Source of the DNA: an uncultured Bacteroidota bacterium
GTDB lineage: Bacteria; Bacteroidota; Bacteroidia; Flavobacteriales; Schleiferiaceae
Assembly (NCBI GenBank): GCA_913056475.1
Contig: CAJXMS010000001.1
Span: 1-43,663 of the forward strand
Length of the DNA stretch: 43,663 bases
Direction of reading: 5' to 3'
Part shown: positions 19,109-28,820 of the stretch, piece after piece
Numbering within the stretch: the stretch's first letter is position 1
Layout: every line of letters begins with the position of its first letter
Translations under genes and position numbers: made by a program
Notes under the pieces: generated by a model
The model's input: the letters and a program-made list of their open reading frames with translations, nothing else
Database searches by the model: none
What the model was told of the DNA's origin: nothing

Positions 19109-19650
19109 CAATGACCAAGCCTGCTAATCCCGATCGTTGGGCCCTCCCGCTTATACTGACCCTTTCCATCGCGGTTCCCCTGGTGGTGGCCGTGCTGATC
19201 CTCTTCCCCGATGTTTTTAAAGCCGACCTCGGCATACACCCCGGTACCCTGCCCGCTTTCCATGCCCTCCTCAACGGGACTACCGCCGTGCTGCTTCTGG
19301 CAGGTCTTTATCTGATCTCCCAGCGCAAAATTGCCGCCCACCGCAGTGTTATGATGGCGGCCTTTGGTCTGTCGGCGGTTTTTTTAGTCTCTTATGTGAT
19401 CAGTAAAATCAATGCGGATCCCACCCCTTACGGCGGGGAAGGGTGGTTACGCCCGCTCTATTTTTTCATCCTCATCAGTCATATTTTATTAAGTGTACCC
19501 GTTCTGCCCCTGGCCATGCTCGCCATCTTCCGCGGCTATACCGGTGAGTACGGAAAGCACCGCCGCATCGTAAAGTATACCTTTCCCATTTGGCTTTACG
19601 TGGCCGTTACTGGCGTGCTGGTGTACCTTTTCATGCAGCCTTACTATTGA
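19105..19650 (+). CDS. DUF420 family membrane protein (CtaM/YozB-like)
   Basis: LPAFHALLNG, AHRSVM, YFFILISHILLS and HRRIVKYTFPIWLYVAVTG motifs. Confidence 0.9.
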   Translation: MTMTKPANPDRWALPLILTLSIAVPLVVAVLILFPDVFKADLGIHPGTLPAFHALLNGTTAVLLLAGLYLISQRKIAAHRSVMMAAFGLSAVFLVSYVISKINADPTPYGGEGWLRPLYFFILISHILLSVPVLPLAMLAIFRGYTGEYGKHRRIVKYTFPIWLYVAVTGVLVYLFMQPYY

Positions 19651-19664
19651 TTAATTTTGCCCAT

Positions 19665-19901
19665 ATGAAAATTCGTCTTGTCCATATCCTCGTCCTGTTG
19701 TTAGCCCTGGGGCTTAGCCTTCCGGCCGATGCCCAGTGCGCCATGTGCAAAGCCGTGGCCGAAACCAGCCGGGATGGAGGCAGCAGCGTGGCCGATGGCC
19801 TCAATCAGGGCATCCTCTACCTGATGGCCATCCCCTACGTCCTTATGGGGGCCGTGGGTTTTGCCCTGCATCGCCACCGAAAAAGTAAATCCATACGCTA
19901 A
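19665..19901 (+). CDS. Small exported membrane-anchored CxxC protein (AQCAMC...GLN.GILYLM)
   Basis: Signal peptide, then QCAMCKA, then one TM helix and a basic tail; preceded by TAatTTTG at 19652-19659. Confidence 0.8.
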   Translation: MKIRLVHILVLLLALGLSLPADAQCAMCKAVAETSRDGGSSVADGLNQGILYLMAIPYVLMGAVGFALHRHRKSKSIR

Positions 19902-19934
19902 CGCTTTTTTAAGATTCACCCCGGGGCATTACGC

Positions 19935-19942
19935 TATATTTG
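19935..19942 (+). promoter_or_regulatory. Bacteroidota -7 box (TAtaTTTG) for tolC-adaptor
   Basis: Consensus match 25 nt upstream of the ATG at 19967. Confidence 0.6.
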
Positions 19943-19966
19943 TGCATTCTTCTACGATTGCTATTT

Positions 19967-21427
19967 ATGTCCCATTCGCATCGAGTTTTAGGTAGCCTTT
20001 TCCTCGGCCTTCTTCTACATTTGGCCTCCGGCCAAAAGAGCCCTACCCCGCCAGACAGCACCTGGACCCTGCAAGAATGTGTTACCTATGCCCAGGAGCA
20101 AAACCTGAATGTAAAGCGGACGCAGCTGCAGGCGCGCCAACGCAAAAACGACCTCCAGTCTGCCCAATGGAACTATGCCCCCAGCATCTCCGGCGGCTTT
20201 AATTATGGTTGGAATTTTGGTCTTAATATCGACCCCGTAACCAACGAAATAAGCCAGGCCAATCGCCAAACCGCTAATTTACAAGCCCAGGCCTCCTGGA
20301 ACATCTACCAGGGTGGGCGGCTCTATAACACCATCAGCCGCTCCCAGCTGGACTACCGTGCTGCCCTGGCCGATTATGAGCAGGCTCAGTATGACATAGG
20401 CCTCAATGTGGCCAGTGCTTACCTTCAGATCTTGCTCAATCAAGAAATTGCTGACGTGGCGGCCCAACAGGTGCAAAACTCACAGGCCCAGGTTCGCCGA
20501 ACCAGAAACCTCGTAGAAGCGGGCGCCGCTCCCCAGGGCGACTTGCTTCAACTGGAAGCCCAGCTGGCCCGGGATGAACAAAGCCTGGTAGAAGCACGCA
20601 ACCAGGTGCGGATCAGCGAGCTGCAACTGGCCAATATCCTACAATTGGAAGACCCACAAGACTTTGCCATCGCTGATCCTGATATTCCCATCCCCAGCAA
20701 AGCCCTGGTGAGCCGTTCTCCCGAGGGAATCTTCCAAACGGCCCTGGATAATCAACCGCAAGTAAAGGCCGCCCGCCTGCGGCAGCTTAGCAGGGAAAAA
20801 AGCATAAAAATAGCCCAGGCCGGCTATTTGCCTTCCCTTAGCCTGGTGGCCCAGGTAGGCACCAATTACTCAGACCAAATACCGGATGTGGTGGATACAC
20901 GGGAAGAACTGGTTCCCATCGGTCAGGTACAGTCCACCGGACAGCTGGTTACCACCCTCCAGCCCCAGGTCTTTCCCGTTACCGATGGAACCAAACCCCT
21001 AAACGATCAGGTAAGCGATAACGTAAACGAGTTCGTGGGCGTTAATCTCAACATCCCCATCTTTAACCGCATGACCGTGCGCAACCAGGTGCAAAATGCT
21101 GAGATTGGTAAGCGAATAGCCGACCTAAACTACCAGCAAACCGTCAATGAGCTGCGCCAAACCATCTACCAAGCCCATGCCGACGCCAAAAGTGCCTATC
21201 AAAGTTTACGGGCCGCCCGTAAATCAGAAAATGCCAGCCAAAAAGCCCTCGAATATGCCCGGGAACGGTTCGAAGTAGGGGCGCTCAATCAACTGGATTT
21301 TGAGACTGCCCGGAATAATTACACCCAGGCCCGTTCCCAGCTGCTCCAGGCTCGTTATGACTTTATTTTCCGAATGAAGGTGCTGGAGTTTTATCTAACC
21401 AATCAAGTGGTACTTCAAGATGAATAA
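19967..21427 (+). CDS. TolC family outer membrane efflux protein
   Basis: WTLQECVTYA.EQNL, two OEP repeats (P.ISG; YLPSLSL), LNIPIFN, ARYDFIFRMKVLEFY. Confidence 0.93.
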   Translation: MSHSHRVLGSLFLGLLLHLASGQKSPTPPDSTWTLQECVTYAQEQNLNVKRTQLQARQRKNDLQSAQWNYAPSISGGFNYGWNFGLNIDPVTNEISQANRQTANLQAQASWNIYQGGRLYNTISRSQLDYRAALADYEQAQYDIGLNVASAYLQILLNQEIADVAAQQVQNSQAQVRRTRNLVEAGAAPQGDLLQLEAQLARDEQSLVEARNQVRISELQLANILQLEDPQDFAIADPDIPIPSKALVSRSPEGIFQTALDNQPQVKAARLRQLSREKSIKIAQAGYLPSLSLVAQVGTNYSDQIPDVVDTREELVPIGQVQSTGQLVTTLQPQVFPVTDGTKPLNDQVSDNVNEFVGVNLNIPIFNRMTVRNQVQNAEIGKRIADLNYQQTVNELRQTIYQAHADAKSAYQSLRAARKSENASQKALEYARERFEVGALNQLDFETARNNYTQARSQLLQARYDFIFRMKVLEFYLTNQVVLQDE

Positions 21428-22709
21428 GAAACTAAAAATAGGCCTCCTCATAGGCATCCCCGTGCTGGTTTTACTGGTGGTGGCCAAAAAGCAAGGGTGG
21501 ATAGGGCAAGCCGAAGGCTTGTCTGTAGAAACCTTCCAAGTGAAGAGGCAAAACATCACCCAGACCGTTTTGGCCAGCGGTAAGATCCAACCGGAAGTGG
21601 AAGTGAAAATCAGTGCGGAAGTGTCCGGTGAGATCATTGCTTTACCCGTGGTAGAGGGCCAAAGGGTGGAAAAAGGCGACCTGCTGGTTAAGATCAACCC
21701 CGACCTTTTTCAGGCCGCCGTCAATCGGACGCAGGCCGCCGTAAACTCGGCCCTGGCCTCCAAAGCCTCTGCCGAAGCCCAGCTGCTGGAGGCGGAAAAA
21801 AACTTTAAACGCAACAAAAAACTCCATCAAAAAAACGTCATCAGCGATGCTGAATTTGACGCATCCCAGCGGGCTTACGATGTGGCCCGCCTGGGTGTCA
21901 AAAGCGCCCGCTATCAGCTCGAAAGTGCCCGGGCCAGCCTTAAAGAAGCGCAAGACAATCTGGAGCGCACCACCATTTACGCCCCCCAGGCCGGAACTGT
22001 TACCCTGCTGAATTCTGAGGTAGGGGAGCGCGTGGTAGGTACCGCCCAAATGGCGGGGACGGAGATCATGCGCGTTTCTGACCTGGAAAATATGGAAGTG
22101 GTGGTGCAGGTAAACGAAAACGACATCATCCGTCTGGAGAAAAACGATACGGCCCGTATTGAAGTAGATGCCTACCTGGATAAAACCTTTAAGGGTGTGG
22201 TTACGGAAATAGCCAACTCCGCCAACCTGCAGACCACCAGCGTGGATCAGGTAACCAACTACGAAGTGAAGGTGCGCATCTTACCTACTTCCTACCGTGC
22301 TATGCTCAAGGGAGGCCAGCAGTCTCCTTTCCGGCCCGGCATGACTGCCTCCGTAGAGATCATCACTCAGCGCAAAGACGATGTCCTGGCCGTACCCGTG
22401 GCGGCCGTCACCACCCGCACCGATACCGCGGATGGCAAGCGCTTCGATGCTTCCTCGCTCGGGGAAGAGGAAGAAGTGGATGAGGTATTTGAGGTGGTTT
22501 TCCTACGAGACGGCAATAAGGCCCGCCTGCAGGTAGTGACCACCGGCATCCAGGACCAGGACTTCATCGAGGTAAAAAAGGGCCTCGAAGAAGGGCAAAC
22601 CATCATCAGCGGCCCTTACAGCGCCGTGAGCCGTGAGCTGAGAGACGGAAAAGATATTGAGGTTAAAGAAGAGGATGCTACGCCAAAAAATGCAGAAGAA
22701 GATAATTAA
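21420..22709 (+). CDS. Efflux periplasmic adaptor subunit (MacA/HlyD-like)
   Basis: ASGKIQPEVEVKISAEVSGEI...VEKGDLL, coiled coil, TTIYAP, FRPGMTASVEI. Confidence 0.92.
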   Translation: MNKKLKIGLLIGIPVLVLLVVAKKQGWIGQAEGLSVETFQVKRQNITQTVLASGKIQPEVEVKISAEVSGEIIALPVVEGQRVEKGDLLVKINPDLFQAAVNRTQAAVNSALASKASAEAQLLEAEKNFKRNKKLHQKNVISDAEFDASQRAYDVARLGVKSARYQLESARASLKEAQDNLERTTIYAPQAGTVTLLNSEVGERVVGTAQMAGTEIMRVSDLENMEVVVQVNENDIIRLEKNDTARIEVDAYLDKTFKGVVTEIANSANLQTTSVDQVTNYEVKVRILPTSYRAMLKGGQQSPFRPGMTASVEIITQRKDDVLAVPVAAVTTRTDTADGKRFDASSLGEEEEVDEVFEVVFLRDGNKARLQVVTTGIQDQDFIEVKKGLEEGQTIISGPYSAVSRELRDGKDIEVKEEDATPKNAEEDN

Positions 22710-22800
22710 CGCCGTCCTTGCCTTTACTTTTTAAAGAGCCCGTTTAAGACGTTCCGGCCGGCTTCCTTCGGCGGCTTTTTCCGGTTTAATCCCTTTTGCT

Positions 22801-23505
22801 ATGCTCCTCGCGCTGGAAACTTCCACCAAAACCTGTTCCGTAGCCCTGGCGGATGACGCCGGTCGCATACTGTCCGAACGGCGGGAGCGAAGCGAGCAAT
22901 ATATTCATTCCGAAAAACTGCACCTTTTTATGCAGGCCGTCCTAAGGGAGGCGGGCGTTAAGCCAAAACAACTGTCTGCCGTAGCCGTGGGGCGGGGCCC
23001 CGGTTCCTACACGGGCTTGCGTATAGGCGTGGCCGCGGCCAAGGGCCTTTGCTGGCCCCTGGGTTTGCCCCTTTACAGTGCCACCAGTCTTTTCTTACTG
23101 GCTCAGGCCGGCCGTGAGGAAAGCTCCCTAAAAGTAAACGCAGAAGATCGCCTGCTGCCTATGCTGGATGCCCGGCGCCAGGAGGTATACCTGGCCGGGT
23201 ACGATGGCCAGGGACGGGAAATAGCCCCTGTTCAGGCCCGGATCATGGAGCCGCATAGTCTTCAAGAATGGCGCCAGCCTACCGGGCGCCTTATCTTGTT
23301 GGGAGATGGGGTGGCCAAGTTTCGCCAGTGGTATCAGCAGGACAAGGTGCTGCTCAAACCCCATTTCGATCCCCAGGCTGCCACGCTGGCCAGCTATATC
23401 AGCCGCAATCGCTCCCTGCTGCAAGCGGAAGATTTGGCCTATTTCGAGCCCTTTTACCTGAAAGATTTCATGGCCGGGAAACCCCGTGATCTTTTACGCC
23501 GCTAA
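22801..23505 (+). CDS. tsaB: tRNA threonylcarbamoyladenosine biosynthesis protein TsaB
   Basis: LETSTKTCSVAL, HSEKL, GPGSYTGLRIG, PMLDARRQEVY and FEPFYLK motifs. Confidence 0.95.
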   Translation: MLLALETSTKTCSVALADDAGRILSERRERSEQYIHSEKLHLFMQAVLREAGVKPKQLSAVAVGRGPGSYTGLRIGVAAAKGLCWPLGLPLYSATSLFLLAQAGREESSLKVNAEDRLLPMLDARRQEVYLAGYDGQGREIAPVQARIMEPHSLQEWRQPTGRLILLGDGVAKFRQWYQQDKVLLKPHFDPQAATLASYISRNRSLLQAEDLAYFEPFYLKDFMAGKPRDLLRR

Positions 23506-23509
23506 AGGC

Positions 23510-24523
23510 TCACAGGTACCAGTAATCAAAGCCTTCCCGGTAGCCCTTCTCTTCCAAAAAGGTATTTAAAGCCACCCGCTGCGGCAGGGGAGGGTACACG
23601 GCTACCAGCACTTGCCCCCCCGCTTCAAGGGCTTCCAGCGGGAGGAGGGAATGATCCTGCACTTTCCGGCGCGCTCCTCCCGCCTGATAAGGATACCGAT
23701 CCAACCACCGAAAAGATACGTCCCGGGCCTTTAATACCCGCGCGGCCCATTTTCCCTTCTGGCCCGCCCCCAGAAGGTACAGTCTCTTTTGGGGGCTCCA
23801 GTCTAATTGAGTAAATCGGGTAACTTTAAGTTGGAAAAAACTGCCTTGTTGGTAGTAAGAGCTACGGCGAGAAGTTCGCTCGGAGTGCTCCCGCCAGTAA
23901 AGCGTCACTTCGGGCAAGGCCTTAAGCCTAAAGCCCCGCCGGTACCAGCGAAACACCAGGTCGTAATCCTCCGGATACTGGAGGCCTCGAAAGCCACCTA
24001 TCCGGGCTAATTCTCTTCTGCGCATGAGCCAGTTGGGCGAGGCTACCAGGCACTCGCGGTATACCTGACGCCAGGCGCGGCGGTTCCTCAAGTTGGCGTT
24101 CAGCCAGGCCTCATAACGGCGGTAGCCGGGACTCACCGAGCCCGCAGCTGAGAAATAGCGCACCGCGCCACTTACGACGGTGTTCCTTTCTCCCTCTTGG
24201 AGCGCTGCCAGCATTTGCGCCAGGCGCTCTTTAGGCAGTTTATCATCGCCATCCAGCCTCCCCAGCGCCCAGCCTCGGGCGTTAAGGCGTCCTGTTTCCA
24301 GGGCTTGTATTATGCCCCGTCCCCGGTTTTCGAGCACCCGCAGGCGCCCATCGTGGTCGGCTGCCTCCCGGGCCAGCCGGCTTGTCTCGCTGTCTGCCCG
24401 GTCCAGTATCATGAGCAGCTCCCATTGCATTAAAGTTTGCTCCTGGAGGCTATCCAGCATGGCCGGTAGAAAGCGGGCCGCGTAGCGCAGCGGCATCACC
24501 AGGCTTACCAGGGGCTCATTCAT
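23510..24523 (-). CDS. Glycosyltransferase family 2 protein
   Basis: PLVSLVMP, SLQEQT..WEL, DxD-like LDGDD, YPEDYDL; C-terminal Rossmann-like LLGAGQKGK. Confidence 0.88.
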   Translation of the reverse strand: MNEPLVSLVMPLRYAARFLPAMLDSLQEQTLMQWELLMILDRADSETSRLAREAADHDGRLRVLENRGRGIIQALETGRLNARGWALGRLDGDDKLPKERLAQMLAALQEGERNTVVSGAVRYFSAAGSVSPGYRRYEAWLNANLRNRRAWRQVYRECLVASPNWLMRRRELARIGGFRGLQYPEDYDLVFRWYRRGFRLKALPEVTLYWREHSERTSRRSSYYQQGSFFQLKVTRFTQLDWSPQKRLYLLGAGQKGKWAARVLKARDVSFRWLDRYPYQAGGARRKVQDHSLLPLEALEAGGQVLVAVYPPLPQRVALNTFLEEKGYREGFDYWYL

Positions 24524-26684
24524 CAGCCTTCTTCCAGCGGGAACGGAGCTGCTCCACCGCTGCTGCGGGCTCCGTTACCGGCAGTTTACAAGCCCCCAGC
24601 TGACAGACGTACAGGCGGGTTCGTTCCGCATCGAATCGCCCTTGGTGTAGGGGGTATTCACTGGGCTGGGTACTGGCAGATATGAGGCAGTGAGGCAAGT
24701 AATAGGATCCCAGGGCCAGGAGTTTTTCCATGGCTTCCGGCCCCGTTATGGCTATTTCGTAATGCGGCGCCTGATAATTCAGCAGCAAATCTCCCCAGGC
24801 ATAATAGCTTTCGGGATGTTGGCGGAGTTGGGGCACCAGGGCCGCCAGCATACTTTCTGCTTCTTTCCGGTCCTTTTGCTCCCCCCGGTAATGGCTCAGC
24901 CGGTAGAGGTTTTGGGCCATTACGGCATTGGCGCTGGGTATTACGTTGTCGCTCGTTTCCTGGCTTCTCGCTATCAGGGTGTTGTCTTCTTTCGGGCGGA
25001 TGTCGTAGAATCCGTTTTCCGCCCGGAAGTTTTCTTGGGCCCGCTGCACCCAGCGGTGGGCTTGCTCCAGGTATGCTTCCTTCCCCGTCACCTCGTACAG
25101 GTCCAGCCAGGCGGCACTGGCCTGGGCATAGTCTTCCAGCAGCCCCTCTACGGAGGCTTTTCCATGGCGGTAGGTGTGCCACAGGCGGTCGTTTTCCCGC
25201 ATTTGCTGCTCTTTTATCCAGCGGGCGCAGTCCTCCGCTTTTGCCAGGTAGGCCTGGCGGCCAAATGTGCGGTAGGCCGCTACCAAGCCCTGGATCAGAA
25301 GGGCATTCCAGCTGGTAAGCTGCTTATCGTCGGTGGCCGGCCGGCTTCGCTCTTCCCGGGCGGCTAAAAGCTTATGGCGCCACTTATCAACCTGCGAATA
25401 CAACTCCTCCAGCGAGAGGTTATGCGCTTTGGCAAAGGCTTCATCCGTTTGCCCCCGCCAGAGAATGTACTGTTCGTCTTCCCAATAGCCGCGTTCATTT
25501 ACTTGGTAATAGGCGGCAAAAAGGGGCCATTCCGCCTCCGGGATATGCTGCTGGAGTTCATCCTTGGTCCAGGTGTAAAAGCGACCCTCTCCGCCCGGGC
25601 TGTCGGCATCCAGGGCCGCGTAATAACCTCCCTGGGGGCCCGCCATTTCTCGTTCCAAAAACGCCACGGTTTGCTCTACCGTGCGCTGGTAGTTGGCCTT
25701 GGGCCTATGCCGGTGGGCCAGGGCAAAAAGCTTGAGCAGCTGGGCATTGTCGTAAAGCATTTTTTCAAAGTGGGGTACCTTCCAGAGGCTGTCGGTGCTG
25801 TAACGGGCAAAACCACCACCTACCTGATCGTAGATGCCTCCTTGGGCCAGGTGCTCCAGGGTACGGTGCGCCTGTTCGGTAGCGCCCTCGTGTCCGAGCG
25901 TAAAGCCCAGCCGGAGTAAAAACTGCTGGGCCCCGGGCAGGGGGAATTTGGGAGCCCCTTCTCTGCCCCCAAAGTGCACATCCCAGTTCTTTTGCCAGCC
26001 CGCCACCAGCGCATCGAGCGCTACCGGAGGTAGGGCCGTATCCTGGCTGGTTTCTACCAGAGACACCTGCTGGATACCCCTTTGTAGTTTTTGGGCGTAT
26101 TCCTCCATCTTAGTGGGGTCTTCTTTGTACAAGGCGCTGAGCTGCTTGAGCACCTGAAGCCACTGTTCGCGGGGAACGTAAGTGGCCCCCCAAACCGGAC
26201 GCCCATCCGGCAGGGCCACCACATTGAGCGGCCAGCCTCCCCGTTGGGTCATAAGTTGTACGGCGGTCATGTATACATCGTCTACATCGGGGCGCTCCTC
26301 CCGGTCTACTTTGATGGGCACAAAGTGCTCATTCATTACCGCGGCTACGCTGGTATCCTCGAAGCTTTCGTGCTCCATTACATGGCACCAGTGGCAGCTG
26401 CTGTAGCCGATGCTGATGATGAGCAATTTATCGACCTCCCGGGCGGCTTCGAGCACGGTAGTATCCCAGGGCTGCCAGTAAACGGGATTGTCGGCGTGCT
26501 GCAGCAAATAGGGGTTATTGGATTGATCCAGGCGGTTTTGTTGGAGTGGGTCCGTAGGCGCATTTTCCATAATATCGACATTGGTTTGGCCGCAGCCCGC
26601 CCCCATTAGGCCAAAAATGAGCACCAGCCGGCCCAGGAGGGCATCGGTGGATACAAAGGGGGCAAGGAGGCGGCAGCTAAACAT
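24516..26684 (-). CDS. YyaL/SSP411-like thioredoxin domain plus six-hairpin glycosidase-like protein (DUF255)
   Basis: NRL...PYLLQHADNPVYW, SIGYSSCHWCHVMEHESF, KVDREERPDVD, VPHFEKMLYDNAQL and DDKQLTSWNAL motifs; possible lipobox GAGC. Confidence 0.93.
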   Translation of the reverse strand: MFSCRLLAPFVSTDALLGRLVLIFGLMGAGCGQTNVDIMENAPTDPLQQNRLDQSNNPYLLQHADNPVYWQPWDTTVLEAAREVDKLLIISIGYSSCHWCHVMEHESFEDTSVAAVMNEHFVPIKVDREERPDVDDVYMTAVQLMTQRGGWPLNVVALPDGRPVWGATYVPREQWLQVLKQLSALYKEDPTKMEEYAQKLQRGIQQVSLVETSQDTALPPVALDALVAGWQKNWDVHFGGREGAPKFPLPGAQQFLLRLGFTLGHEGATEQAHRTLEHLAQGGIYDQVGGGFARYSTDSLWKVPHFEKMLYDNAQLLKLFALAHRHRPKANYQRTVEQTVAFLEREMAGPQGGYYAALDADSPGGEGRFYTWTKDELQQHIPEAEWPLFAAYYQVNERGYWEDEQYILWRGQTDEAFAKAHNLSLEELYSQVDKWRHKLLAAREERSRPATDDKQLTSWNALLIQGLVAAYRTFGRQAYLAKAEDCARWIKEQQMRENDRLWHTYRHGKASVEGLLEDYAQASAAWLDLYEVTGKEAYLEQAHRWVQRAQENFRAENGFYDIRPKEDNTLIARSQETSDNVIPSANAVMAQNLYRLSHYRGEQKDRKEAESMLAALVPQLRQHPESYYAWGDLLLNYQAPHYEIAITGPEAMEKLLALGSYYLPHCLISASTQPSEYPLHQGRFDAERTRLYVCQLGACKLPVTEPAAAVEQLRSRWKKADE

Positions 26685-26726
26685 TAGGGTTACAAATTTC
26701 CGAAACGCAATTGGAGGGGCCTATCG

Positions 26727-26734
26727 TAGATTTG
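26727..26734 (+). promoter_or_regulatory. Bacteroidota -7 box (TAgaTTTG)
   Basis: Consensus match immediately upstream of the ATG at 26739. Confidence 0.5.
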
Positions 26735-26738
26735 AGCC

Positions 26739-27701
26739 ATGATGCAGGCTCAACTAAAATTGCCATCTCCCCTCCAGTACCTGGATACGTGGCAGGGCGT
26801 GGAGATTTGGGTAAAGCGGGACGATCAAATCCATCCGGTGGTAAGCGGCAATAAGGGGCGTAAGCTGCGCTATTTTGCCGAACAGGCGCGCCGCGAGGGA
26901 GCACAGGAGCTCCTGACTTTCGGCGGAGCTTATTCCAACCACCTGGCTGCTACCGCTTACCTGGGCCGGGCACTGGGCCTTGCTACGGCCGGGCTGGTGC
27001 GGGGGGAAGAGGTGACGCATAACCCCACGCTGGATTATTGTCGGCGGCAGGGCATGCGCCTGCTCCCCCTAAAACGCAGCGATTACGCCCTCAAAGACGA
27101 CCCCACTTTTTTAGAAGGGCTGCGCGAATGGGCACCCCAGGCCCTGGTGATTCCGGAAGGCGGAAAAGGCGCCCTGGGCGTAAAAGGCGTACGCGCGTTA
27201 TATGAGGAGCTAGAAAGGCCCCACTATTTTACCGACGTAGCCGTGTGCGCGGGGACGGGTACCACCGCAGCGGGATTGCTCATGGCTCCCTGGGCCGTTC
27301 CTCTCTGGGTTTTTCCTGCTTTAAAGGGAGGCTTATTTTTGCAAAAAGCGATCGCCTCCTGGGCCTATGCTTACGAAGAGAAAGTAGCAGGGCCTCAGAA
27401 AGCCGGCCAGAAACTGCGGCAACAGCTGCAGCTGGTGACCGACTACCACTTGGGCGGCTACGCCCGTGTGAATGATGCCTTAATTGCCTTTATGAACGAT
27501 TTTTACCAAAAATACCGGGTCCCCCTGGATCCCGTGTACACCGGTAAACTTTTTTTTGGTTTAAGTGACCTTCTTAATTCTGGCCGTTGGCAAGGCGGGC
27601 AGCGCCTGCTGGTGATCCATACCGGGGGGCTACAAGGTATTCAAGGTATAAATGAACAACGCGCCCGGAAGGGCCAATCTCTCCTCAACTATGAAGCATA
27701 A
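26739..27701 (+). CDS. ACC deaminase/D-cysteine desulfhydrase family PLP enzyme
   Basis: KRDD.IHPVVSGNK.RKL, TFGGAYSNH, GTGTTAAG, LDPVYTGK and IHTGGLQG motifs. Confidence 0.92.
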   Translation: MMQAQLKLPSPLQYLDTWQGVEIWVKRDDQIHPVVSGNKGRKLRYFAEQARREGAQELLTFGGAYSNHLAATAYLGRALGLATAGLVRGEEVTHNPTLDYCRRQGMRLLPLKRSDYALKDDPTFLEGLREWAPQALVIPEGGKGALGVKGVRALYEELERPHYFTDVAVCAGTGTTAAGLLMAPWAVPLWVFPALKGGLFLQKAIASWAYAYEEKVAGPQKAGQKLRQQLQLVTDYHLGGYARVNDALIAFMNDFYQKYRVPLDPVYTGKLFFGLSDLLNSGRWQGGQRLLVIHTGGLQGIQGINEQRARKGQSLLNYEA

Positions 27702-28629
27702 AATCGCCAAAGCAAACCTGCTGCTAGGGCTTTGCCTGGTCTCTTCGCTGGCGGCCCAGAACAATACGGAGGCCTACATCCAAAAATGGAGCGAGGTAGC
27801 CCAAAAAGAAATGCAGCTCTACAGCATTCCTGCCAGCATTACCCTGGCCCAGGGTATTTTGGAATCGGGTAGTGGGAAGAGCTATTTGGCCCGGGAGGCC
27901 AAAAACCATTTTGGTATCAAATGCCACGAGGACTGGGACGGGAAAACGGTGTACCGTGATGATGATAAAAAAGACGAGTGCTTCCGCTCCTATGGTAATG
28001 CCCGGGAAAGCTTTCGCGATCATTCGCTTTTTCTGGCCCAGCGATCGCGCTATCAGGAGCTCTTTACGGAAGATCGGACCGACTATAAGGCCTGGGCCAA
28101 AGGGCTCAAAAAAGCCGGTTATGCTACTGATCCTCGCTACCATCGCCGGCTTATTGACCTCATTGAGCGCTATGAGCTGCACCGGTTTGACCAAATAAGA
28201 TCCCCCCGCGAAAAAGCCAGGGAAGCGATAGCTCAACAGGAAAAAGAAGCGGAGGGGGGCTGGCAGCTATTTGATTCCCCTGATCCCCCCATGCCTGTAA
28301 AGGAAACGGCCAACCGCGTGGATTATATCCGGGTACGGGACGGCGATACCTTTGAATCCCTGGCCGCGGTGCTGGATAAGCGCCCCCGGGATCTGCTCAA
28401 GTATAATGAGCTCCGCTATGACGCGGAGCTGGTGCCGGGCCAGCGCTTGTACATACAGCCTAAGCGCAACAAGGCGCATCGAGATACGCCCTATCACGTA
28501 ACAGAGCCCGGGGAAACAATGTACCAGATAGCCCAGCGCTACGGCGTAAAGCTGCGTAAACTTTACCGCCATAATAAGCTCCCGGTAGGGGCCCAGCCGG
28601 TGGAAGATCAGCTGATCCATTTGCGCTAG
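27691..28629 (+). CDS. Glucosaminidase (GH73) domain protein with LysM domains
   Basis: IPASITLAQGILESG, NHFGIKCH, AGYATDPRY; two C-terminal LysM repeats. Confidence 0.93.
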   Translation: MKHKIAKANLLLGLCLVSSLAAQNNTEAYIQKWSEVAQKEMQLYSIPASITLAQGILESGSGKSYLAREAKNHFGIKCHEDWDGKTVYRDDDKKDECFRSYGNARESFRDHSLFLAQRSRYQELFTEDRTDYKAWAKGLKKAGYATDPRYHRRLIDLIERYELHRFDQIRSPREKAREAIAQQEKEAEGGWQLFDSPDPPMPVKETANRVDYIRVRDGDTFESLAAVLDKRPRDLLKYNELRYDAELVPGQRLYIQPKRNKAHRDTPYHVTEPGETMYQIAQRYGVKLRKLYRHNKLPVGAQPVEDQLIHLR

Positions 28630-28820
28630 AGGGTTTAAAGATGTTTTGGTACGTACGTGGGGGCAGGTTTTCTTCGTCTTTACAGCGATGGCGGGGAGGG
28701 TAGAGCAATTGCCGCAAATCGGAGGCCTGGTCCTTCAAAGGTCCTTTCCGGGCCCACCATTAATTTAGGAAACTAAGCAGGGGGCCGCTATCACATTTGG
28801 CCGGTAGGCCTACCCTGGAG

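Noticed and set aside
28630..28820. Possible small gene or RNA between the GH73 and SGNH genes
   Set aside because: No supportable ORF or stable structure recognised.
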